A DNA stretch of 63,629 bases, the filler included, from Octopus bimaculoides (taxonomy: Eukaryota): assembly GCF_001194135.2 (NCBI RefSeq). It is 8 parts of 7 records of this genome, joined end to end, with 100 filler letters (N's around TTAATTAATTAA, not from the genome) between each part and the next. Parts side by side here need not be neighbours in the genome. Positions count along the whole stretch, not along the records: positions 46,521 to 52,217 come from NC_068987.1; positions 52,318 to 56,742 come from NC_068990.1; positions 56,843 to 61,668 come from NC_069008.1; 5 more parts are not named here. The stretch is one strand, 5' to 3'. The position numbers and the translations under genes are program-made. Shown piece after piece: positions 47,211-60,776 of this stretch (position 1 is its first letter; each line of letters starts with the position of its first letter). Below the pieces are notes generated by a model that made no database searches, had not been told where the DNA came from, and saw nothing but the letters and a program-made list of their open reading frames with translations.

Positions 47211-49624
47211 GGGACTGTACACAGTCTGTTAAAATGCAACTTACGAAATGAGGATAAAATAGTCTAGCAGAACAATAGTAGCCCGTAGAAAAATATATAG
47301 ATTGAGCGGGTAATAAAAATACAATTGATGGAAACACAATTATAGATATAGCTGGAAAACATTTAAATGAAGGTTGAACTTTAGAGCTGTTACAAACATT
47401 GAGCGACCGGTTGAATTATAATGCATATTATGTAAACTGCTGCACATAATGAGGCAATAGTTATGCACAGACTGAAATATCAGTAGTTTGCTTGAAGCAC
47501 TGTGTTTGAGTAAGTGTACAATGGAATCTTAGGAAGACATACGACCACAGCTTATGGTTCAAATCTCACTGCTTATCATAATGTCTTGCATAACAACTCA
47601 AATTTCTATGGAGTGGACATAAATGTATTCTGAGAGCACATATACACACTACTATATATGGTCACAGGTAAAGCGACATCACCTTAAAAAAAAAAAGCAA
47701 ATGAGGAAAAGGTTTCAAACTTTGATCCACTTAAATCTAATTATGAAAGGAAATCTATAGAAACAATAACGATTGCATCAGCGTTGCAGCGAGATAGGAG
47801 CAACCATCAGCCTCTTGTATACATACATACATACATACACACACACATACATACGCACACATACATACATACATACATACATGCGTACATACATACATAC
47901 ATACATGCGTACATACATACATACATACATACATACATACATACATACATACATGCATATATACATACATACATTCATTCATTCATGCATACACATACAT
48001 ACATGTCTACATACATACATATTTACATACATACGTAAGCTCATGTGTGTACACGTGTCTAAATTCTGAGTCAAGAGGAAATGGCAGTGACCTTGGCGTT
48101 TGCAAGCTTTCCGAGACCGATTACGACTGATGCCCGTAATATCCCGACTAAACTGTTGCAATATGACTCCTACAGTTAAAATATGAGAATGGGAGAGATT
48201 CCTGGGCGGCGATGCTCTGGAGAGGAAGAACACCGCATATTAATATATAGAAGGTACAGTGTTGATCAAAAGGTAGGTGAGGAATGTTAGTATATATTAG
48301 TGGGTTGGAACACCTGAGTAAACGAGGTGCAAACACAGGTAACTATGAAAATTAAAGGCTATTATACTGTAGTGTACTGTTATGTTACAATGAAAAATAC
48401 ATTGAGGGAAATCAAATCGCTTGTTACCCAGAGTCTGCAGTGTGTTCGTTGTTTGCAACAGATAAGCAAATGAAGATTATGTCAGTAATCAGCCTGGAGG
48501 CTATCCATTGGCGAAGGCAAATAGGTGAGATGAAATAAATATTAGGAATGCTTTGTCTGACGCAGAATCTGCAGGAACTACTCGAACATTTTATAAGTTC
48601 TTTTGAATCCATCGTAATGCCGGAAAGCTTTCCATAACATCAAGTATCTCGGTCTTGTGGTCACAGGCGTTTCACCCCTTAAACAGTCCGCTTAAATACT
48701 TTAATGGTTTATGTCTGATGCTCAATAAAATTTGTTATTTGACACCATAAGCAAATAAATATACCTTACATTATTAAATCTGCAATTATGAATATTTGGA
48801 TCATATCAGAAGACATTACGATATTGAAAATGCACTGGAGCAGTTTTCCGAGTTTATTAACATATTTTTAATACAAAGTTTGCGTACAAATGTAGTAAAA
48901 ATCTTAATTACATACGGATCTTTAATAATAACTATTATAGAAGAATAGGAACTTAACAGAACATAGGAAATAAAAACTGGACCGAGAATACTAAGCTTCT
49001 TACAGACAGTTGGAATGAATAACATTAGTGTTTAGATTCCACTTGGTTTGTTCTCAGAATCGTGCACTTAAATGTTTATGCCGGCTTATAAGTAATTAAA
49101 CATATATTGGTTGGTTTATTTTTCAATGTTGTCCTCCTGAGTTCAAACGCTTTTTCTATTGATTTACTAATCCCCCAAATTTTTATATTTACTTTATTTA
49201 TTCATTCTTGAAACTATTTGGCTAAGCATCAAAGATATTTTTGCAAATTGTTCTTCTCTCCTTTGAGTATTTGATCTTTAGAGATGTATAATTCCTCTAC
49301 AAACACACTGGCTGTTATTCTTCAATATTCTCAATGAATTTTTTTTGCTCTGTTTTTGTTGTTCTATTTTTTTTCAGCCACAAATTTCCATTGATCCGCT
49401 TAACTGTTTAGGTAACAAAACTATTTCTTATTTCAGCTTTGAACTATCGAATTTATTTATAAAATGCTCCATTACTTATTTACGTCTCTTTAAAACTATT
49501 TCGTTATATAATAATTATGTTTCTGCAATGTTGGAAGAAGAGCTAGAATGTTGCACACAAGCAGGGAAAGAGCTGCATGGAAAGACGCTCACGATGCGAG
49601 CGGGTTTCGGTTTCCAGTCGTTCT

Positions 49625-49865
49625 CTTTATTTCATATTCCTTTAAAGCGGCAAGCTGGCAGAATAGTTAGCACACCGGAGAAAGTGCTCAGCGGATTTTC
49701 TTCTGGATTAATTTCTGAATTAAAAATTCCGCCGATGTCGACTTTGCCATTCATCATTTCGGGGTCGATGATCTAAGTACCAGTGAAGTACTGGGGTCAA
49801 TAAAATCGACTGGACTACTCTCCCTCAAAATTGCAGGCCTTGTGCATATAGTTGAAAAGATTATT
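49625..49865 (+). mobile_element. SINE family B, full length
   Basis: AAAGCGGCAAGCTGGCAGAATAGTTAGCAC...GCAGGCCTTGTGC. Confidence 0.85.
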
Positions 49866-49958
49866 TCTAATGTCTTTGAGTAAACGAAAAAAAATGCCAC
49901 TTAAATGGAGAGGTGTATATGCAAATGCTAAAGCATTTACTAAGCATTTAGTTTTCTA

Positions 49959-50165
49959 CGTGGTCGTATCAAAAAGTTCCCGAATTAGTTCTTATGCGCG
50001 CCAGAATGGCATCACAAGGTTGCGTGTGCAATGGGAGCTAACTATGAACTTCATGAAGCTGGGTGTCGAGTGACATCACTGTGTTTACTTAGTAAGTTGT
50101 GAAATTTGTGTTTTTGTGATCACGTGTATGCAGTAGGCCGTGATTTTGTCATGGACAATAACTTG
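49959..50165 (+). mobile_element. mariner 5' end fragment
   Basis: TA-CGTGGTCGTATCAAAAAGTTCCCGAATT resembles the termini at 53802 and 55093; ends near ATGGAC. Confidence 0.55.
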
Positions 50166-50481
50166 GACGCTCTAACCACTGAGCCATGCGCCTTCACCAT
50201 TTTATATTTAATACCTGTAATAAGTCCAGCTTTTCAAAGGAGGTCATACTTTAGTGCATATTTAAATGCATACATAGACACATACATAGAGAAGTGAATA
50301 TGTGTGTGAGTGTATGCCTGGCGTTTTTCTTTCGTCTCTGGCATACAATTCATTTTTGCTAATTATTAAACTGACGTGCAAAAATAAAAACTCAGCTATT
50401 AGTACTGTTTTACACATATGTATGTGTGTGACAGTGTGTAAGTAAACATACATACACACATACATACATACATACAAACAC

Positions 50482-50550
<69 letters not shown>

Positions 50551-50628
50551 GTGGCATGCTTGAATGTGTATACCTGTGTGTGTATGCATGTGAGAATGTG
50601 TATATAAGTTATATATGTACATAAATCA

Positions 50629-50659
<31 letters not shown>

Positions 50660-51729
50660 GGGATACATGTGTATCTATATGTGAATGTTTTTGTGGATGT
50701 GTGTGATTGTGTGTGTGTGTGAGTGAGGTGTGTATGTGCGTGTGTGAGTGAGGTGTATATGTGTGTCTTTGGCGTAAATATGTCGATAGTTTGGTGTAGG
50801 AGGAAATACAGAGGTTAAACGCGTTATTGTTGTTTTTTTTCTTTGGGCGTGAGTATGTGTGTGCGTGTGTGTGTATGTTTGTGTGCGTGTGAGTGCGCGC
50901 GCGCGAATTCGTATGTGGCTGCGCGTCTGTGGATGAGGACTGCATATATATGCAGGTCACATGTATATGTCTAAAATTTATGATGCAAACAAACCTATAC
51001 ATATTCATGTGTATATACATATATATATGTGTGTATAAATATGCACATACATGCATATATGTGGGTGTGTGTATCCATCTACACCCACACACATATATAC
51101 ACGCATGTGTATGAATAACATAAACATTCTCCTTATACACAAGACATTTGGATGTATCCTCCACCATCACATCATTATTGACTCTTGTCCTTAGAGGCGA
51201 TGCTTTCTAATATTTCCAATAAACAGTAACGACAACAGCATTTAGAAATCTTTTCTTTTTTACACTTTAGATGCGTTACGTACTTCAGAACTATTTCAGC
51301 GGGGTTTTACTTGCGGCGTAACTGTACTTGATATTCAGATAGCGTTTGATTGAATCAATGACATGAATTCTTTGAAAGGATAATCTTTCAAATCTTCCTC
51401 ACAGGTGTTTATTTATAAATCATAGTTAAGAAATGTATTGCCATTCGTTTGCCACTGTTAGTGAAAGGGAAGAAATAACAGAGTATGGTTTGGTTAAAGT
51501 AAAGTAATTGCCAACACGCTATTCGAAGAACATGGTGTGCTTAAATGTCCAATGAAATGCTTTCAAAACAAACACACACACATAAACACACACATAAAAA
51601 CACATACATAAATATATGCTTATGTATTTAATCATGTATGTCCATATATTTTTGTATGTATTTTCATGACATACATGTATGCCATGTATGTCTATGAGTT
51701 TGTGAGTGTGTGCGTGTGTATAAGCGCTT

Positions 51730-52108
51730 AGTCGCAGGAGTAGCTGTGTGGTAAGTAGCTTGCTTACCAACCACATGGTTCCTGGTTCAGTCTCACTGCG
51801 TGACATCTTGGGCAAGTGTCTTCTACTATAGCTTCGGGCCGACCAAAGCCTTGTGAGTGAATTTTGGTGGAGGGAAACTAAAAGAAGCTTCTCATATATA
51901 CACATATGTATGTATGTGTGTGTGTATATTTGTGCGTCTGTGTTTGTGCCCTCACCATCGATTGACAACGGATGTTGGTGTGTTTACGTTTCCGTAACTT
52001 AGTGGCTCGGTTAAAGAAACGATAGAATGCATACTAGGCTTACAAACAATAAATCCTGAAGTCGATTTGTTCGAGTAAAAGCATTGCTCCAGCATGGCCG
52101 CAGTCAAA
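51730..52108 (+). mobile_element. SINE family A, full length
   Basis: Head, core and tail present. Confidence 0.9.
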
Positions 52109-52148
52109 GAATATATACATTCACACACACACACATACACACACACAA

Positions 52149-52217
<69 letters not shown>

Positions 52218-52317
52218 NNNNNNNNNNNNNNNNNNNNNNNNNNNNNNNNNNNNNNNNNNNNTTAATTAATTAANNNNNNNNNNNNNNNNNNNNNNNNNNN
52301 NNNNNNNNNNNNNNNNN
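52218..52317. other. Artificial scaffold joint
   Basis: N44-TTAATTAATTAA-N44. Confidence 0.95.
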
Positions 52318-53186
52318 GTATTACTTACCTCCTCCCGAAAAATAACGAAACCAAAGACCCAAAAAACTACCGGCCTATAACATGTTTGTCTACTACCTAT
52401 AAGATTTTGACATCTATTCTAGTGGAGAAAACATATACGTTTATGGAAGACAATGACCTCTTTTCCACTGAACAAAAAGGATGCAGACGAGGCTCATACG
52501 GATGCAAAGATCAGCTCTTAATTAATCGCATGATCCTTGAGAAGTGCCATAACAAGCGCAGAAATCTCAGCTCTTCATGGATTGATTATAAAAAAGCCTT
52601 TGACAGCATACCACATTCGTGGATTCTGAAATCGCTGGACATTTTCAAAATTTCTCCTGTGATTTCAGATTTTTTAAAGTATAATATGTTACTATGGAAC
52701 ACGAAGCTGCAATTATATCATTCTAATAGAGTATTGCACTCAAACAATATTAGCATAAACTGTGGAATTTTCTAGGGTGACTCGCTTTCACCACTAATTT
52801 TCTGCATAGCACTAATACCACTCTCAAGTGAACTGAATAGAACAGGGTATGACTACAAAACTGACAACAGGAAAATAAGCCATCTATTTTATATGGATGA
52901 TTTAAAGCTATATGGCAAAGATGATGAAGAGCTTCAAGGACTATTACATACTGTGAAAGGATTCAGTGATGATATCGGGATGGAGTTTGGCCTTGAAAAG
53001 TGTGCCAAAGCCACTTTTAAGAAAGGGAAACTGGTAAAGTCAAGTTCAATAGAATTAGATGTCAAAACAGTAATAAAAGAACTTGAGCAGGAACAAACGT
53101 ATAAATACCTAGGAATAAATGAAAGCTCTGGTATCCAGCATACAAGCATGAAAGAGAAGGTTAGGAAGGAATGTTATAGAAGAGTT
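52318..53186 (+). pseudogene. Reverse transcriptase domain of an R4/Dong-clade non-LTR retrotransposon
   Basis: One frame: TYLLPK..PKNYRPITCL, EQKGCR, WIDYKKAFDS.PH, GIF*GDSLSPL, HLFYMDDLKLY, YKYLG; single stop at 52773-52775. Confidence 0.92.
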
Positions 53187-53801
53187 NNNNNNNNNNNNNN
53201 NNNNNNNNNNNNNNNNNNNNNNNNNNNNNNNNNNNNNNNNNNNNNNNNNNNNNNNNNNNNNNNNNNNNNNNNNNNNNNNNNNNNNNTTATTATTATTATT
53301 ATTATTATTATCATTATTATTATTATAACAACAACAGCAATAACAATAATAATCTCAGTAGTATAGACATACAAACCATAAACATACATACATGCGCACA
53401 CACACACGCAGCCACTTACTTTCCCCTCTTCCCTATCAGCAGGAACAACTACACAATCTAGATACTTAGTACTATCATAACAACACCATATACACACAGG
53501 AGTGCGCACATATCTCAATGAACCTGTTGACTGGTGGAAATTAATAAGCATCTTTCAGTTGAACACTCGTAACTTCCAACTCCGCCTGACGAAATGAAGG
53601 TGTGAACTTGATGTGCATAAATATTACAAATTGTATTGTAGTCATCCCAGGAATGCAGACTGTGATAACAAAAAGCATGTGATTTGTGGAAATGTGCGTA
53701 GCGATACATAAAAAATATTTATAAATTCCCAATTTATAAATACCTCAAGCACAAGCAAAAGATCCCCAAAATGTTCAACGTAATATGTATATATAAATAT
53801 A

Positions 53802-55093
53802 CGGTGGGGGCACGAAAAAGAAACCGGAATTTTGCAATATCATTTTATTCACTTAGTTTCATATGTTTACACTTTTATCGCTTTCAAAACATTTTCCATT
53901 TGAAGCAATGTGCAATGTCCAGGTGTGTTTTCTACTGTTAGAAGCAGTGCTGGAGCTCTTGCAAAGTGATACCTTCTAACTCCTCCGTCGTTTTCTTCTT
54001 CTACTCTTCCACATCTGCAAAACGTTTTCTTTAAAGGACTTTTTTCATTCGAGAGGAAAAAAAATTGATGACAGGGAGCAAGATCGAGTGAATAGAATGG
54101 GTAGGTAAGGAGGGTCATGCCATTTTTGGTCAAAAACAGTCTCACACTCAAGGTGATGAGCACAGTCGCATTGTCGTGATGAAACTACCACTCTCCGCTT
54201 TGTCACAGGTCGGGGAGTTTTCGTCTCAGCGCGTCCCACAAACGCTTCAGAACTGCCAAGTAAAATGTCTGGTTGGCAGTTTGACCAGGAGTAACAAATT
54301 GTGTGTATACAATTCTTTTCGCATCGATGAAACAAATCAGCATCGCCTTAACATTGGACTTCACTTAATGCGCATTTTTGGTGCATAGTGACATTGAATG
54401 ATTCCATTGACTTGATTGCTGCTTCGTTTCTGGATCGTAACCGCAGCACCAGCTTTAGTCCCCATTTATAACTTTCAAAAAAAGATTCGGATCAAGCTCC
54501 AACTGTTTTTCCAGTTCATGACATGAATTCAGTCGTGACTGCTTTTGATCTTCTATGAGGCATATATTTTGCTGCAACTCTTTTCATTCGCAATTCCTTG
54601 CTCAAAATTAGTTGGCAGGAGCCCCAGGATACACCAGTCATATCAAGTTCGTCAGTTGCTCGCGTCGGTCCTCCAAGATCAGTTCATGAAATTTCGTAAT
54701 GTTTTCATTTGTTCGTGGAGTCGACGTTGGTCTTCAAGTGACAAGTGACCGTTTCTAAAGCGTGAAAACCACTCGTAAACCTGTGTTTTGCTCATGGCAG
54801 CATCCTTGTAAGCTTTTTGAAGCATCAGTACTGTTTCGCCCTCCGTTTTTCCCAGCAGAAAACAGAATTTCACGAAAGCACGTTATTCCTTCGTTTCAGT
54901 CATCGCAAAAATCGACAGGGAGGAGTATTGCAAAACAAAGACACACCTCGTAGCAGTACGACCTCACCAGACGACGCCGGTCGGCAGACTGATGCCTGAG
55001 GGTTGTATCAAGTGGCTTCTGACGGTGGAAACCTGAACTACAACGGGCTTGTCCCACAGAGAATGTTTCCGGTTACTTTTGGGTACTTCCCCG
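53802..55093 (-). mobile_element. Full-length decayed mariner transposon
   Basis: TA flanks, imperfect ~28-bp termini, ~1.29 kb; fragments KFCFLLGKT..ETV.ML..AY..MSKTQVYEWF.RF and YSLDLAPC. Confidence 0.9.
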
Positions 55094-55619
55094 TATATAC
55101 ACACACATAAACACATGATAGTTGTCGACTCGTTAAACGTGTATGACCACGGCTGACTAGAGAAAGTGTATCACAGTATTACTAGTTGTGAGAATGACTA
55201 TGGCGCTTGACTCCTACCAGCAATTTACAGAACACGTTGGATGTTACGCCATGTTACTTGTCACAGCAGCGTTTAAAATCGGAAACAACATTTACTCAAG
55301 ACAATCCTAAATCTGATAACCCTACAATGATCCCAATTTGGAAAGTGCGTACTGTGACGCATGAAAAGTCTATGGCCTGACTAACTGTGGAGTTCTTGAA
55401 GAAATATTCATCTGTAAAATTTTAAATGACATGATTTTAGAGTTCAAAAATTTTAATAGTTTTAGTGCAAAACTTACAGCAAGTTTGTTAGATAAACAAA
55501 TAGAAAACTGGGTCATTAATGTGTTGTTTGATGGTCCAAATATTAACGAAAACTTTTTGGAAGTGTCATAACAGATAAAGAAACGTGGTTGTACGGTTAC
55601 TACGGCGCCTCATTGATTA

Positions 55620-55820
55620 GATGATTATATCACCGTAACCACGAAAAGCATGTCAGAGATGCTCAAATGTGAAGGTGATTTTGCTCGTCTTTAATTTTTT
55701 AATGAAGGAACATTGTTCATCGTGTTTTCCCCGTAGTTAGATAATCAGTAAAGAAGTATACTTGGATGTCTTGTGGCTTTTGAAAGAAGCATTCCGAAGG
55801 AAGAGACGTGAGGCGTAGAC
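55620..55820 (+). pseudogene. mariner catalytic-domain fragment
   Basis: KACQRCSNVKVILLVF...SKEVYLDVLWLLKEAFRRKR across stops and one frameshift. Confidence 0.65.
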
Positions 55821-56587
55821 AAATGTAACCAAGATGTTCAATAGATTTAGCCCATGCAAACATTTTTGTTCCTAAAGTTGAAATTTATTTTAGAAAGTCT
55901 CTAATTTCAGATGATAGAAGAGATCAAAGAAAATTCGCGAGAAGTGCACAATGGTCATGAAAACCTGATCCAAAACTAGAAAAGATTTCAGGACATGTCC
56001 ATTAGCAATGGGGAAAATTATTTTGAAGAAGAAAAGTTTCATTATATTGGAAATAAAGCAATGAATTTGATTTGATTTTAAGATCGGTTTTTGTTTGGAG
56101 AGTGCTCTTATACAAACACATTTCTAGTCATGATAGACAATGCTGCACCACTTCAGAAACACGGAGATACACCTGGCGCTGTAACAGAAACAAGCATTAA
56201 GCAGCTAAGACATGGGGATAGTTATAAAACAAAAATAAGAGTGAGGGGAAAATAAGAATAGATTAAATCTAGTGATAGGTAACAAAATTTAATGAGATGG
56301 CAATCACATTGAATCGAGAAAAACATTGGAGAAAATACTTAGCTTGCGGTGTATAAAATCTATTAACGAAGGTAAAGTATAAACCACTTCCAGATCAAGA
56401 AATTCATATATCTCTTTCAAAAACTTACCACTGCAATTTTAGAAATTGTGTAAATCGCCATAAGACTATGTAACGTCTATCTCTCTGTTTGTGTATTTGT
56501 GTTTACAAGAGTGTATATGTCTGTGGGAACATTGTTATATATATGGCCACAGTAAAATAGTTGAAACCAATCAAATCATAAACCAAT

Positions 56588-56632
<45 letters not shown>

Positions 56633-56742
56633 TGATAGTGTGCAAAGTTAAATTTTTTCGATTCTTGATATCTCATTTTACTAATTCCATTAACAAACGC
56701 ACATTTACCACATTCCATTTGCTTGAAATTAGAGTGTGTGTG

Positions 56743-56842
56743 NNNNNNNNNNNNNNNNNNNNNNNNNNNNNNNNNNNNNNNNNNNNTTAATTAATTAANN
56801 NNNNNNNNNNNNNNNNNNNNNNNNNNNNNNNNNNNNNNNNNN
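56743..56842. other. Artificial scaffold joint
   Basis: N44-TTAATTAATTAA-N44. Confidence 0.95.
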
Positions 56843-56898
<56 letters not shown>

Positions 56899-57256
56899 AT
56901 GCATCTATGTATTTACGAAAGTACGTATGCAGTGTCGTGTGTATGTGGCAGCAGTATTGAATTTAACATTCCATTGCCACTCCATATTTGTCGCTTACAC
57001 AACGCTGTTCTCCCCTTCTCTGCTATCAATCACGCTCACTTCCCTTACTACATTTCTTTCAGACTAATACCCTTTGTACGCTTCTCATTTTATCCTATAA
57101 TTTGCACCCCACTCCACCATGGCGCATATTATAGTCTTTATTGAAATCCAACTAGCTTATTATTGAACTGGATGTTAGCATAACATGAATGCAAAGTTTC
57201 ATGATGATTGGTTCGCTGGTTTCGGCATGTAGATGGTAACAGACATAAAGACAGAA

Positions 57257-57287
<31 letters not shown>

Positions 57288-57762
57288 NNNNNNNNNNNNN
57301 NNNNNNNNNNNNNNNNNNNNNNNNNNNNNNNNNNNNNNNNNNNNNNNNNNNNNNNNNNNNNNNNNNNNNNNNNNNNNNNNNNNNNNNNNNNNNNNNNNNN
57401 NNNNNNNNNNNNNNNNNNNNNNNNNNNNNNNNNNNNNNNNNNNNNNNNNNNNNNNNNNNNNNNNNNNNNNNNNNNNNNNNNNNNNNNNNNNNNNNNNNNN
57501 NNNNNNNNNNNNNNNNNNNNNNNNNNNNNNNNNNNNNNNNNNNNNNNNNNNNNNNNNNNNNNNNNNNNNNNNNNNNNNNNNNNNNNNNNNNNNNNNNNNN
57601 NNNNNNNNNNNNNNNNNNNNNNNNNNNNNNNNNNNNNNNNNNNNNNNNNNNNNNNNNNNNNNNNNNNNNNNNNNNNNNNNNNNNNNNNNNNNNNNNNNNN
57701 NNNNNNNNNNNNNNNNNNNNNNNNNNNNNNNNNNNNNNNNNNNNNNNNNNNNNNNNNNNNNN

Positions 57763-57819
<57 letters not shown>

Positions 57820-58339
57820 AAGTGTTTGTAATTGTGCTTTGTTTGACCCCTGTCAGTTTTTGTCCCAACCTGTGTAGATATATTTCCGTCCCCGTAAATT
57901 AGCGGTTCGGCAAAAGATAAGAGATGGATAACAATATAATCGTCGTGACATTTTACGTTACAGTACTGACGATTCCACAGGCGTTCTCTACCCAACATGG
58001 CAAATTATGGGCGAAATAACTAACATTAAAAGAGAACATGGTATCGATGTACTAATACATCCATCATTTACTGTATTTGCCGGCGTGCAGGGGGCGCTCT
58101 TGCATAAGATGCGTCTCTGCTTTACCAGTATATTTTGTGGAATAAGAAAACTTAGTATGTTTCACCGTACACTTATTGATAGATATTTCAAAGTGGAAAA
58201 ATGATTGTATGTTATGGTAGTTTATAGGAATAAAGTATGAAAGCATAAATTTATCACATATATAAACTCCGTTTTATGAGTGCTGTATTTCAGCCTTATC
58301 TTTTTCCGAATAACTTTATAGTTGTTTAAAGCATTGCCA

Positions 58340-58530
58340 TACAGGATGTAAAACATCAGCGAGCGGGGGAAAATATTTTGTATCTTTTGTTCCTGCTCGC
58401 TACATTCTGGGTTCAAATCCCACCCAGATGAACTTTGTCTTTCATTTATTCGGAACCAATGAAATGAAGGACCAATCAAGTACTGGATTCAATGGTATAG
58501 ACAAGACCCTTTCCTTTGAAACTGCTGAAC
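58340..58530 (+). mobile_element. SINE family B, degenerate
   Basis: CATTCTGGGTTCAAATCCC...CTTTCATTT...AAGTACTGG. Confidence 0.55.
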
Positions 58531-58638
58531 CTCTGCCTTAATTGGACACCGTTACTATTACTGTTTTAATTGAGTGAGAGTATAGTACACACCAACAAAG
58601 TGATGCTGGGGTGCAAATATACGAAGGTCCAATATATC

Positions 58639-59065
58639 GTAGGCGCAGGAGTGGCTGTGTGGTAAGTAGCTTGCTTACCAACCACATGGTTCTGGATTCA
58701 GTCCCACTGCGTGGCACCTTGGGCAAGTGTCTTCTACTATAGCCTCGAGCCGACCAAAGACTTGTGAGTAGATTTGGTAGACGGAAACTGAAAGAAACCC
58801 GTCGTATGTATGTATATATATATATATATATATAAGTATGTGTGTATGTATATGTTTGTGTGTCTGTGTTTGTCTCCCTAGAATCGCTTAACAACCGATG
58901 CTGGTATGTTTATGTCCCCGTGACTAAGTGGTTCGGCAAAAGAGACCGATAGAATAAGTACTAGGCTTACAAAGAATAAGTCCGGGAGTCGATTTGCTCG
59001 ACTAAAGGCGGTGCTCTAGCATGGCCGCAGTCAAATGACTGAAACAAGTAAAAGAGTAAAGAGTA
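58639..59065 (+). mobile_element. SINE family A, best-preserved full-length copy
   Basis: A-box-like TGGCTGTGTGG, B-box-like GATTCAGTCCC, CORE-like CACCTTGGGCAAGTGTCTT, internal (TA)n/(TG)n, AAGAGT tail. Confidence 0.92.
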
Positions 59066-59667
59066 TACCCATCGTGACTACCCGTCTGATAAGGGTACAC
59101 CAGGCACATACATCACAGCCGTATGTGCACGACATGACAACCTCATATCAATATAAACAACGCATGAAATTGCAGGTGGGACCCTGTTAGAATTATCTTC
59201 AGGTCGAGTAACCCATCCAACTCAAAAGATCCTTGAATAAGGGTTGTTTAAAGATGATGAACGAAACACCTATGTTTCCAGGAGTAAATTATTCAAGTCC
59301 TAATGAATCCCTCTCAACACATGACAAGGATGCTTCCCCACTACTCCTGCTTGTGATCAGAGATGCACATGTCGTCAGCCACCAAGGGACATGCTCAAAT
59401 GGTAAAGGACAAACAACTGACAAGCAAATCTCTGGTATTGAACAGAATATTTACTGTAGTCCTTTAACACACAGACAACATCGACATATATGAACACTTC
59501 GAATTAGTTAAGATCAGAAGCCATGAGAGCCAGTGCCTGCTATTGCATCATTTCAGTTCAGTTCATTGCATTACAGACATTATAGAAATGTAATAACAAG
59601 GTTCAGTTTGGATTACATGCCATGTATAGGGTAATTCCATACCTTTTCCATTCCGTTCTCTCTCTCT

Positions 59668-59724
<57 letters not shown>

Positions 59725-59784
59725 CATTCCTTCTGCTTATCCGTCCGTCTGTCTGTCTGTCCATCTGTCTTTTTGTCTATCTAC

Positions 59785-59834
<50 letters not shown>

Positions 59835-59841
59835 ACCTGTC

Positions 59842-59910
<69 letters not shown>

Positions 59911-60706
59911 NNNNNNNNNNNNNNNNNNNNNNNNNNNNNNNNNNNNNNNNNNNNNNNNNNNNNNNNNNNNNNNNNNNNNNNNNNNNNNNNNNNNNNNNNN
60001 NNNNNNNNNNNNNNNNNNNNNNNNNNNNNNNNNNNNNNNNNNNNNNNNNNNNNNNNNNNNNNNNNNNNNNNNNNNNNNNNNNNNNNNNNNNNNNNNNNNN
60101 NNNNNNNNNNNNNNNNNNNNNNNNNNNNNNNNNNNNNNNNNNNNNNNNNNNNNNNNNNNNNNNNNNNNNNNNNNNNNNNNNNNNNNNNNNNNNNNNNNNN
60201 NNNNNNNNNNNNNNNNNNNNNNNNNNNNNNNNNNNNNNNNNNNNNNNNNNNNNNNNNNNNNNNNNNNNNNNNNNNNNNNNNNNNNNNNNNNNNNNNNNNN
60301 NNNNNNNNNNNNNNNNNNNNNNNNNNNNNNNNNNNNNNNNNNNNNNNNNNNNNNNNNNNNNNNNNNNNNNNNNNNNNNNNNNNNNNNNNNNNNNNNNNNN
60401 NNNNNNNNNNNNNNNNNNNNNNNNNNNNNNNNNNNNNNNNNNNNNNNNNNNNNNNNNNNNNNNNNNNNNNNNNNNNNNNNNNNNNNNNNNNNNNNNNNNN
60501 NNNNNNNNNNNNNNNNNNNNNNNNNNNNNNNNNNNNNNNNNNNNNNNNNNNNNNNNNNNNNNNNNNNNNNNNNNNNNNNNNNNNNNNNNNNNNNNNNNNN
60601 NNNNNNNNNNNNNNNNNNNNNNNNNNNNNNNNNNNNNNNNNNNNNNNNNNNNNNNNNNNNNNNNNNNNNNNNNNNNNNNNNNNNNNNNNNNNNNNNNNNN
60701 NGAGAA

Positions 60707-60775
<69 letters not shown>

Positions 60776-60776
<1 letters not shown>

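Noticed and set aside
52773-52775. Stop codon rescued by A-to-I editing
   Set aside because: Editing UAG gives Trp, not the conserved Gln of QGD; a simple C-to-T change or sequencing error is more likely
53287-53355. (TTA)n after the RT fragment as its Dong target site
   Set aside because: Separated by a 100-N gap and in the opposite orientation to that seen at 23018-23502
59066-59560. Complex sequence after the SINE-A copy as an exon or ncRNA
   Set aside because: No convincing splice pair, ORF or fold; single copy here, probably an unclassified repeat but unsupported
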